A stretch of DNA of 64,000 bases, taken from the NCBI GenBank assembly GCA_021846025.1, contig JAJZDV010000001.1, positions 2,716-66,715 of the forward strand, given 5' to 3'. The translations under genes and the position numbers were made by a program. Positions 44,080-54,390 of the stretch are shown here, piece after piece. Below the pieces are notes generated by a model. It saw nothing but the letters and a program-made list of their open reading frames with translations. It was not told the origin of the DNA and did no database searches. The stretch comes from Pseudomonadota bacterium. Lineage in GTDB: Bacteria; Pseudomonadota; Gammaproteobacteria; Burkholderiales; Burkholderiaceae_C. Position 1 is the stretch's first letter. Each line of letters starts with the position of its first letter.

Positions 44080-45567
44080 TCATGTGGATGAACGGCGGTT
44101 GATGGCCAGGTAGAGCACCGCGGCCGCCCCGCAACCGATGAACCAGGTGAAATTGGCCAGCGGGGAGAACATGGGAACGAGCACCATGAGAATCGCTATC
44201 AGTGCCGCCGGAACCAGGGCTGCCACAGCCTTTGGGTTCACTCCGCCGTTGTACCAATAGCGCCCGGTTTTCTCCATGCTGTAGAGCGCGTCGACATCGA
44301 TGCGCTGCTTGTTGATCAGGTAGTAGTCGGTGATGAGAATCCCGAACAGTGGGCCGATGAAAGAGCCCAGGATGTCCAGGGTGTAATGGATCACGCCTGG
44401 GTTGTTGTAGATGTTCCAGGGCGTGATGAAAATGGAGCCGATGGCCGCGATCATGCCTCCCATGCGCCAGCTGATGTTCTGCGGAGCGACGTTGGAGAAG
44501 TCGAAGGCCGGAGGCACGAAGTTGGCAACGATGTTGATGCCCATGGTGGCCAGCGTGAAGGTCATGGCGCCGAGCACGACGGCGAAGGTGCTGTTGATCT
44601 GGCTGACCGTTTCCACCGGATCGGTGATCAGCTTGCCATACAGGGGCAAGGTGGCAGCCGTGGTGATGACGGTGAGCAAGGAAAAACCCAGGAAGTTCAC
44701 CGGCAGGCCCCAGAAATTGCCGGACCTCACGGCCGGCACGCTTTTGCTGTACCGGGCGAAGTCACCGAAGTTCAGTAAGGGTCCGGAGAAGTAGGACACC
44801 ACCAGGGCGACGGCGTTGATCATCACCGGCAGGGCCTGCAAGCCGGTGAACTTGACCGAACCGAGATTCATGTCGATGTTCGACAGGCCCACTTTCGACA
44901 CCAAGTAAAAGGTCAGAGCGAACATCACCACATAAACCGCCGGACCAGCCCAGTCGATGAAGATTCGCACGGCCTCCATGCCCTTCCAGAACACCAGGGC
45001 TTGCAGGACCCAGAGCACCATGTAGGCGACCCAGCCAAGGCTGGACAGGCCGACGAAGCCGTATTGACGCACATCGGCATAGGGGGCCAGCGCAGGCATG
45101 AACTTGAGGATGACGATGATCAGCGCGCTCGACGCCAGATAGGTCTGAATGCCATACCAGGCGAAGGCGATCAAGCCTCGCGTCACTGCTGGGATGTTGG
45201 CTCCCAGCACACCGAACGAGGCGCGGCTGATGACCGCATAAGGCACGCCGGTGACTTGGCTCGGCTTGGCGACCAGATTGGCCAGCAACTGCACAATCAC
45301 GATGCCAATCAGCAGGCTGACCAGCACCTGCCAACTGGCCAGACCGAGTGCAAACAGGCTGCCCGCAGTGATGTAGCCCCCCACACTGTGCACGTCCGAC
45401 ATCCAGAAGGCGAAGATGTTGTAGGCGCCCCAGCGCTGGTGCCTGAGCGGGGCGAGATCCGCATTGACGAGCCGGGGGCTGTAGCCGGGCTTGATGAGGA
45501 TGTCCTCGTTGTCGGCACCGGAAGGTGGGACTTGAGCGACACCAAGAGTTGCTGTGGATGGGTTCAT
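44080..45567 (-). CDS. NCS1 family nucleobase:cation symporter, probable allantoin permease
   Basis: FWMSDVHSVGGY, RASFG..GA, WYGIQTY, NFGDFARY, INIVANFV. Confidence 0.92.
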   Translation of the reverse strand: MNPSTATLGVAQVPPSGADNEDILIKPGYSPRLVNADLAPLRHQRWGAYNIFAFWMSDVHSVGGYITAGSLFALGLASWQVLVSLLIGIVIVQLLANLVAKPSQVTGVPYAVISRASFGVLGANIPAVTRGLIAFAWYGIQTYLASSALIIVILKFMPALAPYADVRQYGFVGLSSLGWVAYMVLWVLQALVFWKGMEAVRIFIDWAGPAVYVVMFALTFYLVSKVGLSNIDMNLGSVKFTGLQALPVMINAVALVVSYFSGPLLNFGDFARYSKSVPAVRSGNFWGLPVNFLGFSLLTVITTAATLPLYGKLITDPVETVSQINSTFAVVLGAMTFTLATMGINIVANFVPPAFDFSNVAPQNISWRMGGMIAAIGSIFITPWNIYNNPGVIHYTLDILGSFIGPLFGILITDYYLINKQRIDVDALYSMEKTGRYWYNGGVNPKAVAALVPAALIAILMVLVPMFSPLANFTWFIGCGAAAVLYLAINRRSST

Positions 45568-45737
45568 GGGGACAGGCTCCGGGTTGAACGCAGGATCAGG
45601 ATGAGTGCATCATGCCGGTGGTCGGAGCTGTGAACTTGACCCCGAAGGTCCAGGGCGCCGACGGTGATGGGATCGATCGACAACGTGATGCGCGAGCAGT
45701 GCAGTCAGGCGAATGGTCACCAGCATGGGTGCAGGCA

Positions 45738-45754
45738 CGCAAAAATTGTGCCTG
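45738..45754 (-). promoter_or_regulatory. Sigma-54 (-24/-12) promoter candidate for NCS1-racemase operon
   Basis: Minus strand CAGGCACAATTTTTGCG, exact GG-N10-GC spacing. Confidence 0.6.
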
Positions 45755-46110
45755 TCGGTATACAACAATGCATGGGCTTGGTGCGTTCGCCGATGACGTC
45801 GTCGCACGCCTCAATTCCTGCTATTGCCCGTTGTCAACGCGAGGTTGATCGGATCGGGGCGTCAACCGCCCAGAGCGGAGTCTTTGGGCAAAGGATATGT
45901 CAAAACCGCAGAAACGGTATACAAAAAAATGTTGAATGTCTACAAACGAAGCGGACATGAAAAGCCAGGGTATTCACGGATGATTTGCGCCCCGGAGAGC
46001 CAGTCCGCCACAACGGTTCGAGGTCAACCTCAAGCACCGGGTCGGCAACGCTGAGCGTTGGTGCGGCTTGCCGCTCTGGTATGGTGCACGGCAATTCGCC
46101 TGCATTTTCT

Positions 46111-46896
46111 ATGCCGCCTCTCCTGCTGCTCGACATTGGTAACACCCGTCTCAAGTGGGGCCTCTGGGCAGGCGGGCGCGCCGTGCCGGAGCTTGAACTC
46201 CTGGCGCACGGGGCCATGCCGCAACAGTCCATCGAACAACTTGGCAAGGAACTCGAACTGCACCCCAGGCCGCAGGCGGCCATTGGCTGCGCCGTCGCCG
46301 GCGTCGTCGCCACAGCGCGGGTGGAGACACAACTCGCCAGCCTGGGTTTGCACGCCGAGTGGATTCACTCGCCGCCGCAGCAATGCGGTGTGCGCAACGG
46401 CTACACCCATCCCGGCCTGCTCGGGGCCGACCGCTGGGCGGCGCTGATGGGAGCGAGGGCTCGATCTGGCGCCGAGCCGGTGCTGGTCGTGAGTGTGGGC
46501 ACGGCCGTGACCATCGACTGCCTGGCGTCGGATGGGCGCTTTCTAGGCGGCGTCATCCTGCCCGGATTCGGCCTGATGCTCAAGGCGCTGGAAATGGGGA
46601 CCGCAGGGCTGAACGTGCCCGAAGGCGCTTTGCGCGAGTTCCCCAACAACACCAGCGACGCGCTCATGAGCGGTGGCGCCTTGGCCATATCCGGTGCTGC
46701 ACGCCAAATGCACGAGCGGCTGAGCCGTCTGGAAGGCAGGGCACCCTCGGTGCTCCTGACCGGCGGCGCGGCACCCAAGCTCGAACTGGCGCTGGGCCTG
46801 CCGCATCAAACCGTGGACCATCTGGTGTTCGAGGGCCTGCTGTGCATTGCCCGGCAACGCGGGCTGCTGCAGCCCGATTGGGCGCTGCGGGCCTAG
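46111..46896 (+). CDS. coaX: Type III pantothenate kinase
   Basis: LDIGNTRLKW, LGADRW, SVGTAVTID, GG.ILPG, LTGG, LVFEGL. Confidence 0.93.
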   Translation: MPPLLLLDIGNTRLKWGLWAGGRAVPELELLAHGAMPQQSIEQLGKELELHPRPQAAIGCAVAGVVATARVETQLASLGLHAEWIHSPPQQCGVRNGYTHPGLLGADRWAALMGARARSGAEPVLVVSVGTAVTIDCLASDGRFLGGVILPGFGLMLKALEMGTAGLNVPEGALREFPNNTSDALMSGGALAISGAARQMHERLSRLEGRAPSVLLTGGAAPKLELALGLPHQTVDHLVFEGLLCIARQRGLLQPDWALRA

Positions 46897-46946
46897 GCAA
46901 CGCTGAGCGCTCGGAGCGGCTCGGCGCATTGCGCGATAGGCACGGC

Positions 46947-48272
46947 TCAGAGGACGAAGCGCGACAAATCCTCGTCGGCGGCAATCGCGTTGAGGCGTTG
47001 GTTGACGAAGACAGCGTCGATCGCCAGGGTGAGCTGCTTGTTGCCGTCGGCCTGGAACGACACATCCTCCAGCAAGCGTTCCATCACGGTGTGCAGACGG
47101 CGGGCGCCGATGTTCTCGGTGCTTTCGTTGACGGCATAAGCCACTTCGGCCAAGCGGCGTATGCCATCGGAGGTGAACTGCAGGTTCACGCCATCGGTTT
47201 GGAGCAGGGCCTGGTACTGCTTGACCAGGCTGGCGTCGGTGGCGGTGAGGATGGCGACGAAATCGTCCACCGAGAGACTTTGCAGTTCCACGCGAATGGG
47301 GAAGCGCCCCTGCAACTCGGGGATCAGGTCGGAGGGTTTGGCGACGTGAAAGGCGCCGCTGGCGATGAACAGCACATGGTCGGTGCGCACCATGCCGTAC
47401 TTGGTGCTCACCGTGGTGCCTTCCACCAACGGCAACAGGTCGCGTTGCACGCCCTGGCGTGAGACATCGGCTCCCTGGGTGTTGCCGCGCGATGCGATTT
47501 TGTCGATCTCGTCCAGAAAGACGATGCCGTTCTGCTCCACGCGTTGCACGGCCTGGCTGCGAATCTCGTCTTCGTTCACCAGCTTGGCCGCCTCGTCATC
47601 GACCAGCAGGCGCAGGGCTTCGCGCACCTTGAGCTTGCGGCGCTGGCTGCGGCCCTGACCCATGCCGGCGAACATCCCCTTGATCTGCTCGGCCATGTCT
47701 TCCATGCCGGGCGGGGTCATGATGTCCATCGTCGCCTGGGGCTTGGCGACGTCCAGCTCAATGTCCTTGTCGTCGAGTTGGCCTTCGCGCAGGCGCTTGC
47801 GAAAAATTTGCCGCGTGTTCTCGTCCGACGTGGGCAGCGGCTGGCCGGCGGCATCGCGCGGGCGCGGCAGCAGCACGTCGAGAATGCGGTCCTCGGCGGC
47901 GTCCTCGGCTCGGGTGCGATGTGCCAGCATGGCCTGTTCGCGGACCTGCTTCACGGCGATGTCCACGAGATCGCGCACGATGGTGTCGACGTCGCGCCCG
48001 ACATAGCCGACCTCGGTGAACTTGGTCGCTTCGATCTTGATGAAGGGCGCGTTCGCCAGTCGCGCCAGGCGACGAGCAATCTCGGTTTTGCCCACACCGG
48101 TGGGGCCGATCATCAGAATGTTCTTCGGCGTGATTTCGTGGCGCAGCGGCTCGGCCACTTGCTGGCGGCGCCAGCGGTTGCGCAGCGCCACGGCCACGGC
48201 GCGCTTGGCATCGGCCTGGCCGATGACGTAGCGGTCGAGTTCGGAGACGATTTCGCGTGGGGTCATGTTCAT
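46947..48272 (-). CDS. hslU: ATP-dependent protease ATPase subunit HslU
   Basis: [39 protein letters not shown]. Confidence 0.97.
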   Translation of the reverse strand: MNMTPREIVSELDRYVIGQADAKRAVAVALRNRWRRQQVAEPLRHEITPKNILMIGPTGVGKTEIARRLARLANAPFIKIEATKFTEVGYVGRDVDTIVRDLVDIAVKQVREQAMLAHRTRAEDAAEDRILDVLLPRPRDAAGQPLPTSDENTRQIFRKRLREGQLDDKDIELDVAKPQATMDIMTPPGMEDMAEQIKGMFAGMGQGRSQRRKLKVREALRLLVDDEAAKLVNEDEIRSQAVQRVEQNGIVFLDEIDKIASRGNTQGADVSRQGVQRDLLPLVEGTTVSTKYGMVRTDHVLFIASGAFHVAKPSDLIPELQGRFPIRVELQSLSVDDFVAILTATDASLVKQYQALLQTDGVNLQFTSDGIRRLAEVAYAVNESTENIGARRLHTVMERLLEDVSFQADGNKQLTLAIDAVFVNQRLNAIAADEDLSRFVL

Positions 48273-48375
48273 GGATCGACTCGTCGGTGGGTGGCGCCTG
48301 GAGCTGTGCGCGCCAAGTGCCATGGGACGCAGCGGGATGTGGCTGGAGCGATGGATCGGAGCGCGAATCGCACCC

Positions 48376-48915
48376 TCAGCCGTCCAGTGTTTCGATGCGC
48401 AAGGCGTGGTTGGTGTAGATGCACAGGTCGGCGGCAATGTGCAGCGATTTTTCGACGATGGCGCGCGCGTCCAGCTCGGTGTTCTCCAGCAGCGCGCGAG
48501 CTGCCGATTGCGCATAGGCTCCACCCGAGCCGATGGCCAGCAAGCCGTGCTCGGGTTCGAGCACGTCGCCGTTGCCCGTGATGACGAGCGATGTGCTGGT
48601 GTCTGCCACGGCCAGCATGGCCTCGAGACGGCGCAACATGCGGTCGGTGCGCCAATCCTTCGCCAGTTCCACGGCGGCGCGCAGCAACTGGCCGCGGTGC
48701 TCGTCGAGTTTGGCCTCGAAACGCTCGAACAGCGTGAAAGCGTCGGCCGTGCCGCCGGCGAACCCCGCCAGCACGTTGTCGTGGTGCAGGCGGCGCACCT
48801 TGCGGGCGCTGGCCTTGATGACGATGTTGCCCAACGTCACCTGGCCGTCACCGCCAAGGGCGACACTGGCGCCGCGGCGCACGCTCAGGATGGTGGTGCC
48901 GTGATATTGCTGCAT
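48376..48915 (-). CDS. hslV: ATP-dependent protease subunit HslV
   Basis: Short propeptide then [30 protein letters not shown]. Confidence 0.97.
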   Translation of the reverse strand: MQQYHGTTILSVRRGASVALGGDGQVTLGNIVIKASARKVRRLHHDNVLAGFAGGTADAFTLFERFEAKLDEHRGQLLRAAVELAKDWRTDRMLRRLEAMLAVADTSTSLVITGNGDVLEPEHGLLAIGSGGAYAQSAARALLENTELDARAIVEKSLHIAADLCIYTNHALRIETLDG

Positions 48916-48974
48916 GGCATGAGGAGGTTGTGCGCGGCGATGGGGCCGTGCGGGATCGGAAAGCAGACGGGCAC

Positions 48975-50831
48975 TTAAAACTTGCGCAACTGGATTTGCG
49001 CCACCGAGTTGATCCCAAGAATGACGAACAGCCCGGCGATCAGCCGGTGCGTGCCATCGAACTGCACCGCGCGCCCGGCGCTGCTCTGCGACATCACCCA
49101 ATTGAGCATGATGCCGGCGCTGGCGAAGTCGAGCCGGCGCAGTTCGCTGAGGTCGACGACCACAGCGCCATGGCCGGATGAGGCCTGGTCCAGCGGCTTG
49201 AGGAAATCCTCACTGCCCCCCTTGATGTCACCGCGCAACTGGGTGAATGCCACGCCGGTGTCGGTGTTGCCGAAATGGGTGCTGAACTGGCTGGGAAACA
49301 GGCTGCTGACCTGCGCTTGCGAGGGCCGTGAATGCTGCGTCATGGGCCGGCTGAGTCCCGCTGCAGCGTCGGCGCTGAGCACTTGAACCTTGGCGCGGCT
49401 GGGTTCCCAGGTCGGCGGAGAAATTTCGTAAGTGACGCAATAGTCCAGCGCAACATTCTCGTAGGCCTCCTGGTCACCCGCCATGCGCAGCGCCTCCAGG
49501 CGCAAGCCCCACCAGCCGGGGTCGGCTTCGCGCTGCATGGGCGGTGCGGCTGCGGCGCAGGCCTCCGTCAGATTGGAAACGCCGGCCAGTTCGATGACGC
49601 AATCACTGGATGCGTTGAGCAACTTGAAGGCCTCCAGCGAAAAAGTCTGGGCTCCGGGGGCGATGCTGGTCAGGCCGCTGAATTCGAGCACGACCTGACG
49701 CACCCCGCCACGCGCCAGCAGCAGAAGGGAGCGTGACTGCGCCGCATCAAGTTCGCCCAGAGCGGTGAAATTCGACGAGGGCCCGAAGCTCGCAGACTGT
49801 GCGGCGGAAGCGCGGGTCGCCGCCTGCGCGGCAGGCAAATGCTGAGGCACCGGCGTATCCCAGGACGGCGCCGAGGACTGGAAGCGTTCGACATAATCGT
49901 TCACCAGCGCCTCGAATTTTGGGTTGTCGCCACCGGCTCGGTAGAGGTCGAACAAGGCCAGCCAGAACTCGTTTTCCAACTCGCGCTCGGGAGAGCCGGA
50001 GATGGCGTCGAGCAAAGCGCGTTCGGCATCGCGGTCGTGGCCGTTGGCGAAGTCGATGCAGGCCTGGTCGAACAGCGGACTCGAAGAGACGCCTTCCTGC
50101 ACGTCCACGGCCATGGGGCTTGAGGATGCGAAGCCGCCGGTTTTCATCCAGGTGTCCATCGGCGGATGATCGGCGGCGAGTTGCGTCATCCCCATCATGG
50201 TCGGGGCCATCTGGGTTGGGGCCATCTGGGTCGGTGCCGGCATGGTGGCCTGGATGATCTCGCCCGGCGCGGCGGGCGTCGGCACGACCGGTGGCGCTTG
50301 CATCTGCCGCGAGAGATGATCGGTGGGTTGGAAGCCCAGCCCCGTCTGTGTCCCGGGCTGGAGCGCTGAGGCCTGTTGCGGTCCTGAACCCGAGGCAGGC
50401 AAAGGCGGGGCTCCGGTGCCCAGGCGGATTTGCGTGGCCGGCATGCCAGGGCGGGTGAGGCCGCTGCGGGCCTGTTGCCCGGTTTCCTGCACCATCGACT
50501 GCTCGATCTCGTTGATCTTGCGCAGCGTGGCTTCGCGCTCCGGCGCCGACGGGCCCGTCCCGGTGCCGGTGTCGGGCACGTCGGTGTAGGCGTCATCGAG
50601 CGGCAGGCCATCGGCCTGGCGCTTGCGCAGGCGCCGCAGCGAGGCCAACTCGCGGCGACGGATGAAGGCATCGAGCTTGCGCTGTTCTTCTTTCGCCTTG
50701 ACCTGCTCTTGCTCCTGCATGTCGCGCAGGGCGTTTTCGTGGCGTGTGAGCGACCAGTCCTGCGTCGGATTTTTGACGAACTCGCCGACCCGGCCCCAGA
50801 AGCTGCGCGGTTTTGAATCACTCATCGGCAT
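48975..50831 (-). CDS. STAS-domain-containing hypothetical protein
   Basis: 618 aa: N-terminal helical/coiled region, Pro/Thr/Gln-rich linker, repeated (D)Y...F/YE.S.P.W motif, C-terminal STAS-like [15 protein letters not shown]. Confidence 0.8.
   Translation of the reverse strand: MPMSDSKPRSFWGRVGEFVKNPTQDWSLTRHENALRDMQEQEQVKAKEEQRKLDAFIRRRELASLRRLRKRQADGLPLDDAYTDVPDTGTGTGPSAPEREATLRKINEIEQSMVQETGQQARSGLTRPGMPATQIRLGTGAPPLPASGSGPQQASALQPGTQTGLGFQPTDHLSRQMQAPPVVPTPAAPGEIIQATMPAPTQMAPTQMAPTMMGMTQLAADHPPMDTWMKTGGFASSSPMAVDVQEGVSSSPLFDQACIDFANGHDRDAERALLDAISGSPERELENEFWLALFDLYRAGGDNPKFEALVNDYVERFQSSAPSWDTPVPQHLPAAQAATRASAAQSASFGPSSNFTALGELDAAQSRSLLLLARGGVRQVVLEFSGLTSIAPGAQTFSLEAFKLLNASSDCVIELAGVSNLTEACAAAAPPMQREADPGWWGLRLEALRMAGDQEAYENVALDYCVTYEISPPTWEPSRAKVQVLSADAAAGLSRPMTQHSRPSQAQVSSLFPSQFSTHFGNTDTGVAFTQLRGDIKGGSEDFLKPLDQASSGHGAVVVDLSELRRLDFASAGIMLNWVMSQSSAGRAVQFDGTHRLIAGLFVILGINSVAQIQLRKF
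50193..50237 (-). repeat. 15-bp coding tandem repeat x3 ([15 protein letters not shown])
   Basis: Plus strand catcatggtcggggc / catctgggttggggc / catctgggtcggtgc. Confidence 0.8.
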
Positions 50832-50862
50832 GCCTGTGCTTGAAGCGGGGTGGAAACCAGGT

Positions 50863-51789
50863 TCAGTCCCCGAACATCTTCTGCTTCATCTCGCGCCGCT
50901 GCTGTGCTTCCAGCGACAACGTGGCCGTGGGCCGGGCCAGCAGGCGGCCAATGCCGATGGGCTCACCGGTTTCCTCGCACCAGCCGTATTCGCCGGCGTC
51001 GATCAGCAGGAGAACCTGCTCGACCTTCTTCAGCAATTTACGCTCGCGGTCGCGCGCGCGCAGTTCCAGGGCGTGTTCTTCCTCGATCGTGGCACGATCG
51101 GCCGGGTCCGGCACCAGCAGGGTGTCTTCGCGCAAGTGCTCGGTGGTTTCGCCGGCGCTGCGCAGGATGTCGTTGCGCAAGGAACTCAGCCGGTACTTGA
51201 AGAACTCCAACTGCACGGCTTTCATGTACTCGCTTTCGGGCATGGCGAGCACTTCGGCGTCGCTCAGATCCTTGGGCGCTTTGGATTTCCAGGCATTGGC
51301 CAGCTTTGGATCGGCTTTCGCCGGAGTGGGTGTAGGGGCGAGACTGCTCATGGATTTGGCGGCTGAAGATGCTGGAATAGGGGTCGCTGCCTGGGGGCGA
51401 TTCGCCACGGTGGCTGCGGATTTTTGGGTTCGGGCGGGCGGCAGTGTAGTCCGAGCCGGAGTTGGGATTCTGGGCGTGGTGGCCGTGACGCGGGACTTGG
51501 CGGAGGGACGGCTTTGGGTCGCTGCAGTTGGCGCATGGGCCGAAGCCTTGGAGGTCGCAGGACTGGCCGGCTTGGCCTGGGCCGGGCTCGATGCCGTGGT
51601 CTTCCCCGCTTTCAGGCCCGTGGCCGATGCCGCCCCTGCCGTGCGCTTGGGGGCCGGCGCTTTGGCGGCCGGCGCCGCGGCGCGCTTGGCCACGACGACC
51701 TTGGCAACCGCTTTGGCTCCCCGAGCCGGCGTGGTTTTGCTGACCGCGCTTTTTGCACGGCCGGTTTCTGGTTTTGCCGCCTTGACCAC
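50863..51789 (-). CDS. dksA: RNA polymerase-binding protein DksA with long Ala/Lys/Pro/Thr-rich N-terminal extension
   Basis: PDPADRATIEEE coiled-coil tip, RDRERKL, YGWCEETGEPIG..RL.ARPTA; GTG at 51789 follows AGGAGG. Confidence 0.93.
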   Translation of the reverse strand: MVKAAKPETGRAKSAVSKTTPARGAKAVAKVVVAKRAAAPAAKAPAPKRTAGAASATGLKAGKTTASSPAQAKPASPATSKASAHAPTAATQSRPSAKSRVTATTPRIPTPARTTLPPARTQKSAATVANRPQAATPIPASSAAKSMSSLAPTPTPAKADPKLANAWKSKAPKDLSDAEVLAMPESEYMKAVQLEFFKYRLSSLRNDILRSAGETTEHLREDTLLVPDPADRATIEEEHALELRARDRERKLLKKVEQVLLLIDAGEYGWCEETGEPIGIGRLLARPTATLSLEAQQRREMKQKMFGD

Positions 51790-51999
51790 AGTTCCTCCTG
51801 GAATCTGATGATGCTCGCGTTGTGTCACGGATGATCGCAACCGCTCAGCAGTACGGACAGGGCACCGTTGAGGCCGGCCGATTGTAGTCAGATGCATGGA
51901 AGAGGCTTCGCGGGCTTTGCACGATGCCGTCGAGATGTCGCTTCAGCGCAACGTACCGAGGGGCAATCGCGGACCTGCCTGCGGGTCGGCCTTGACGGA

Positions 52000-53058
52000 T
52001 CAACCCACCAGCGATTGCTCCAGACCCTGGAGGATGATGTCGCGTGGCAGGTCGATGCCGATGAACACCAGCTTGCTCTGGCGCTGTTCCTGCGCTCCCC
52101 AGGCCGAGGCCAGATCGCTGCCCATGAGCTGGTGCACGCCCTGGAACACCACCTTGCGGTCGATGCCTTGCATGTGGAGCACGCCCTTGTAGCGCAGCAT
52201 GCGCGGGCCATAGATCTGCACGATGGCGCCGAGAAAGTCTTCCAGCTTGGCGGGGTCGAAGGCCTTGTCGGAGCGAAAGACGAACGACTTCACATCATCG
52301 TCGTGTCGGTGGTGATGCGGGTGATTGCAGGCTTCGTCGGGCCCGTGGTTGTGGTGATCATGGTCGTGGTCGTGATGCTCGTGCTCGGTGTCGTCGGCCT
52401 TGAGAAAGTCAGGATCGATGTCGAGCTTGGCGTTGAGGTTGAAGCCGCGCAGGTCGAGCACGTCCTTGAGCGGCACTTCGCCGAAGTGCACCACGCTTTG
52501 TTTTGCTCGCGGGTTCATGTGGGCCAGGCGGTGCTGCAGCGCGGCCAGTTCGTCGGCGTTCACCAGATCGGCCTTGGAAATGAAAATCTGGTCGGCGAAA
52601 CCCACCTGGCGTTGCGCTTCCAGCCGGGAATCGAGTTGCTGGCCGGCATGCTTGGCGTCCACCAGGGTCAACACCGAATCGAGCAGATACTGGCTGGCGA
52701 TTTCGTCGTCCATGAAAAAGGTCTGCGCCACCGGGCCGGGGTCGGCGACGCCGGTGGTTTCGATGATGATGCGGTCGAACACCAGATCGCCCTTGCGGCG
52801 GCGTGTGGCGAGGTCGGCCAGGGTGACGCGCAGATCGTCGCGGATGGTGCAGCAGATGCAGCCGTTGGACATCTGCACGATCTGCTCCTTGCTGTCCTGC
52901 ACCAGGATGTCGTTGTCGATGTTCTCCTCACCGAACTCGTTCTCGATCACGGCGATGCGTGAACCATGCGCTTCGCTCAGCACACGCTTGAGCAGGGTGG
53001 TTTTGCCGCTGCCGAGAAAGCCGGTGAGGATGGTGGCGGGAATCAGGGGCGTGGACAT
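52000..53058 (-). CDS. COG0523/CobW family metallochaperone GTPase
   Basis: GFLGSGKT, ENEFG, GCICC, IETTG, His-rich stretch, LRYKG. Confidence 0.93.
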   Translation of the reverse strand: MSTPLIPATILTGFLGSGKTTLLKRVLSEAHGSRIAVIENEFGEENIDNDILVQDSKEQIVQMSNGCICCTIRDDLRVTLADLATRRRKGDLVFDRIIIETTGVADPGPVAQTFFMDDEIASQYLLDSVLTLVDAKHAGQQLDSRLEAQRQVGFADQIFISKADLVNADELAALQHRLAHMNPRAKQSVVHFGEVPLKDVLDLRGFNLNAKLDIDPDFLKADDTEHEHHDHDHDHHNHGPDEACNHPHHHRHDDDVKSFVFRSDKAFDPAKLEDFLGAIVQIYGPRMLRYKGVLHMQGIDRKVVFQGVHQLMGSDLASAWGAQEQRQSKLVFIGIDLPRDIILQGLEQSLVG

Positions 53059-53153
53059 GGTTGGAAGGGTTGGCAGTGCTGGAGAGGGATGCTGGGCTTG
53101 AAACGCACGGCAGATCGGGAGGCAGTTTAAGACTGCCCTGGAGATGCTGCCGT

Positions 53154-54335
53154 TCAGCGGGTTTGCAAGAGCAGGCCCTTGAGGTATTCGCCTTCGGGGA
53201 ACGACAGCAGCAGCGGGTGGTCGGCGCCAGCGGCGGCGCGTGCAACGATGTCGGCTTCCACCCCGGCGTCGAGCGCGGCGCCGGCGACGATGCTCTGGAA
53301 CAGTGTGGCGTCGATCCCGCCCGAGCACGAAAACGTGAACAGCCAGCCGCCCGGCTCCAGCAGCGTGAGCGCGAGGCGGTTGATGTCTTTGTAGGCGCGC
53401 GCCGCTCGCGCGGCCGCAGCCGCGGTGGGGGCGAGTTTGGGCGGGTCGAGCACGATGGCGTCAAAGCGCCTGCCGGCTTCACGCAGGCTGCGCAGCGTGG
53501 CGTTGACGTCGGCATCGAGCATGGGTGCGCGCGCCGTGTCGAAGCCGTTGAGTCGCACATGGGCCTCGGCCTGGGCCAGCGCCGGCGCCGAGGAGTCCAC
53601 CGTCGTCACCTCCTGGGCGCCGCCCGCCAGCGCCGCCAGGGTGAAACCGCCCGTGTAGCCGTAGCCGTTCAGCACCTTGCGCAGCCGCTGCTGGCGCACC
53701 AGCGCGGCGAAACGCGCGCGGTTGTCGCGCTGGTCGAGGTAGAAGCCGGTCTTGTGCCCGGTGGCCACGTCCACGCTGTAGCGCAGGCCGTTTTCGGAGA
53801 TGTCGACGCGGGTTTCGCCCTTGCCCTGGAGCCAGCCGCTGACCGGCTGCAATCCTTCCAGCGCACGCACGCCGGCGTCGGAGCGTTCGTAAATGCGCAC
53901 CTGCGGCAGCAGTTCGTGCAGCAACTCTGCCAGCATGGGTTTGATGCGTTCGATCCCGGCAGCCAGCGCCTGCAACACGACGATGTCGCCATAACGGTCG
54001 ATGATGCAGCCCGGCATGCCGTCAGACTCGCCGTGCACCAGGCGCAGCGCCTGCATGTCCAGCCCCAGACGGGCGCGGCGGGTGATGGCGGCCTGCAGCC
54101 GTTCTCGGAAGAAGTCGCGGTCGATGCGCTGCTCGGCGTCGAAGCCCCACATGCGCAGGCGAATCTGCGAGTTCGGGCTGAACGCCGCCCAGCCCAGCAC
54201 CCGGCCGTCGGCGGCGTCCACCCGCACCGTCTCGCCAAGGTCGCCGCCGCCACGCGCGATGGCGCCGGCGAACACCCAGGGATGGCGGCGCAGCAAGGCG
54301 CGTTCCTTGCCTTCGTGCAGGCGGATGACTTTCAT
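53154..54335 (-). CDS. rlmI: 23S rRNA m5C1962 methyltransferase RlmI family
   Basis: RRHPWVF PUA domain, HGESDG, GHKTGFYLDQRDNR, LDPPK, EYLKG. Confidence 0.88.
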   Translation of the reverse strand: MKVIRLHEGKERALLRRHPWVFAGAIARGGGDLGETVRVDAADGRVLGWAAFSPNSQIRLRMWGFDAEQRIDRDFFRERLQAAITRRARLGLDMQALRLVHGESDGMPGCIIDRYGDIVVLQALAAGIERIKPMLAELLHELLPQVRIYERSDAGVRALEGLQPVSGWLQGKGETRVDISENGLRYSVDVATGHKTGFYLDQRDNRARFAALVRQQRLRKVLNGYGYTGGFTLAALAGGAQEVTTVDSSAPALAQAEAHVRLNGFDTARAPMLDADVNATLRSLREAGRRFDAIVLDPPKLAPTAAAAARAARAYKDINRLALTLLEPGGWLFTFSCSGGIDATLFQSIVAGAALDAGVEADIVARAAAGADHPLLLSFPEGEYLKGLLLQTR

Positions 54336-54390
54336 GGCAGCTTGCGTGACGAGCCGGATTGCGCCGGCCCGGTGGGTTGGGGCTTGGGAA

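Noticed and set aside
45769-45785. NtrC-like site right next to the sigma54 motif
   Set aside because: About 15 bp from the -24 element, too close for an enhancer; poor left half-site
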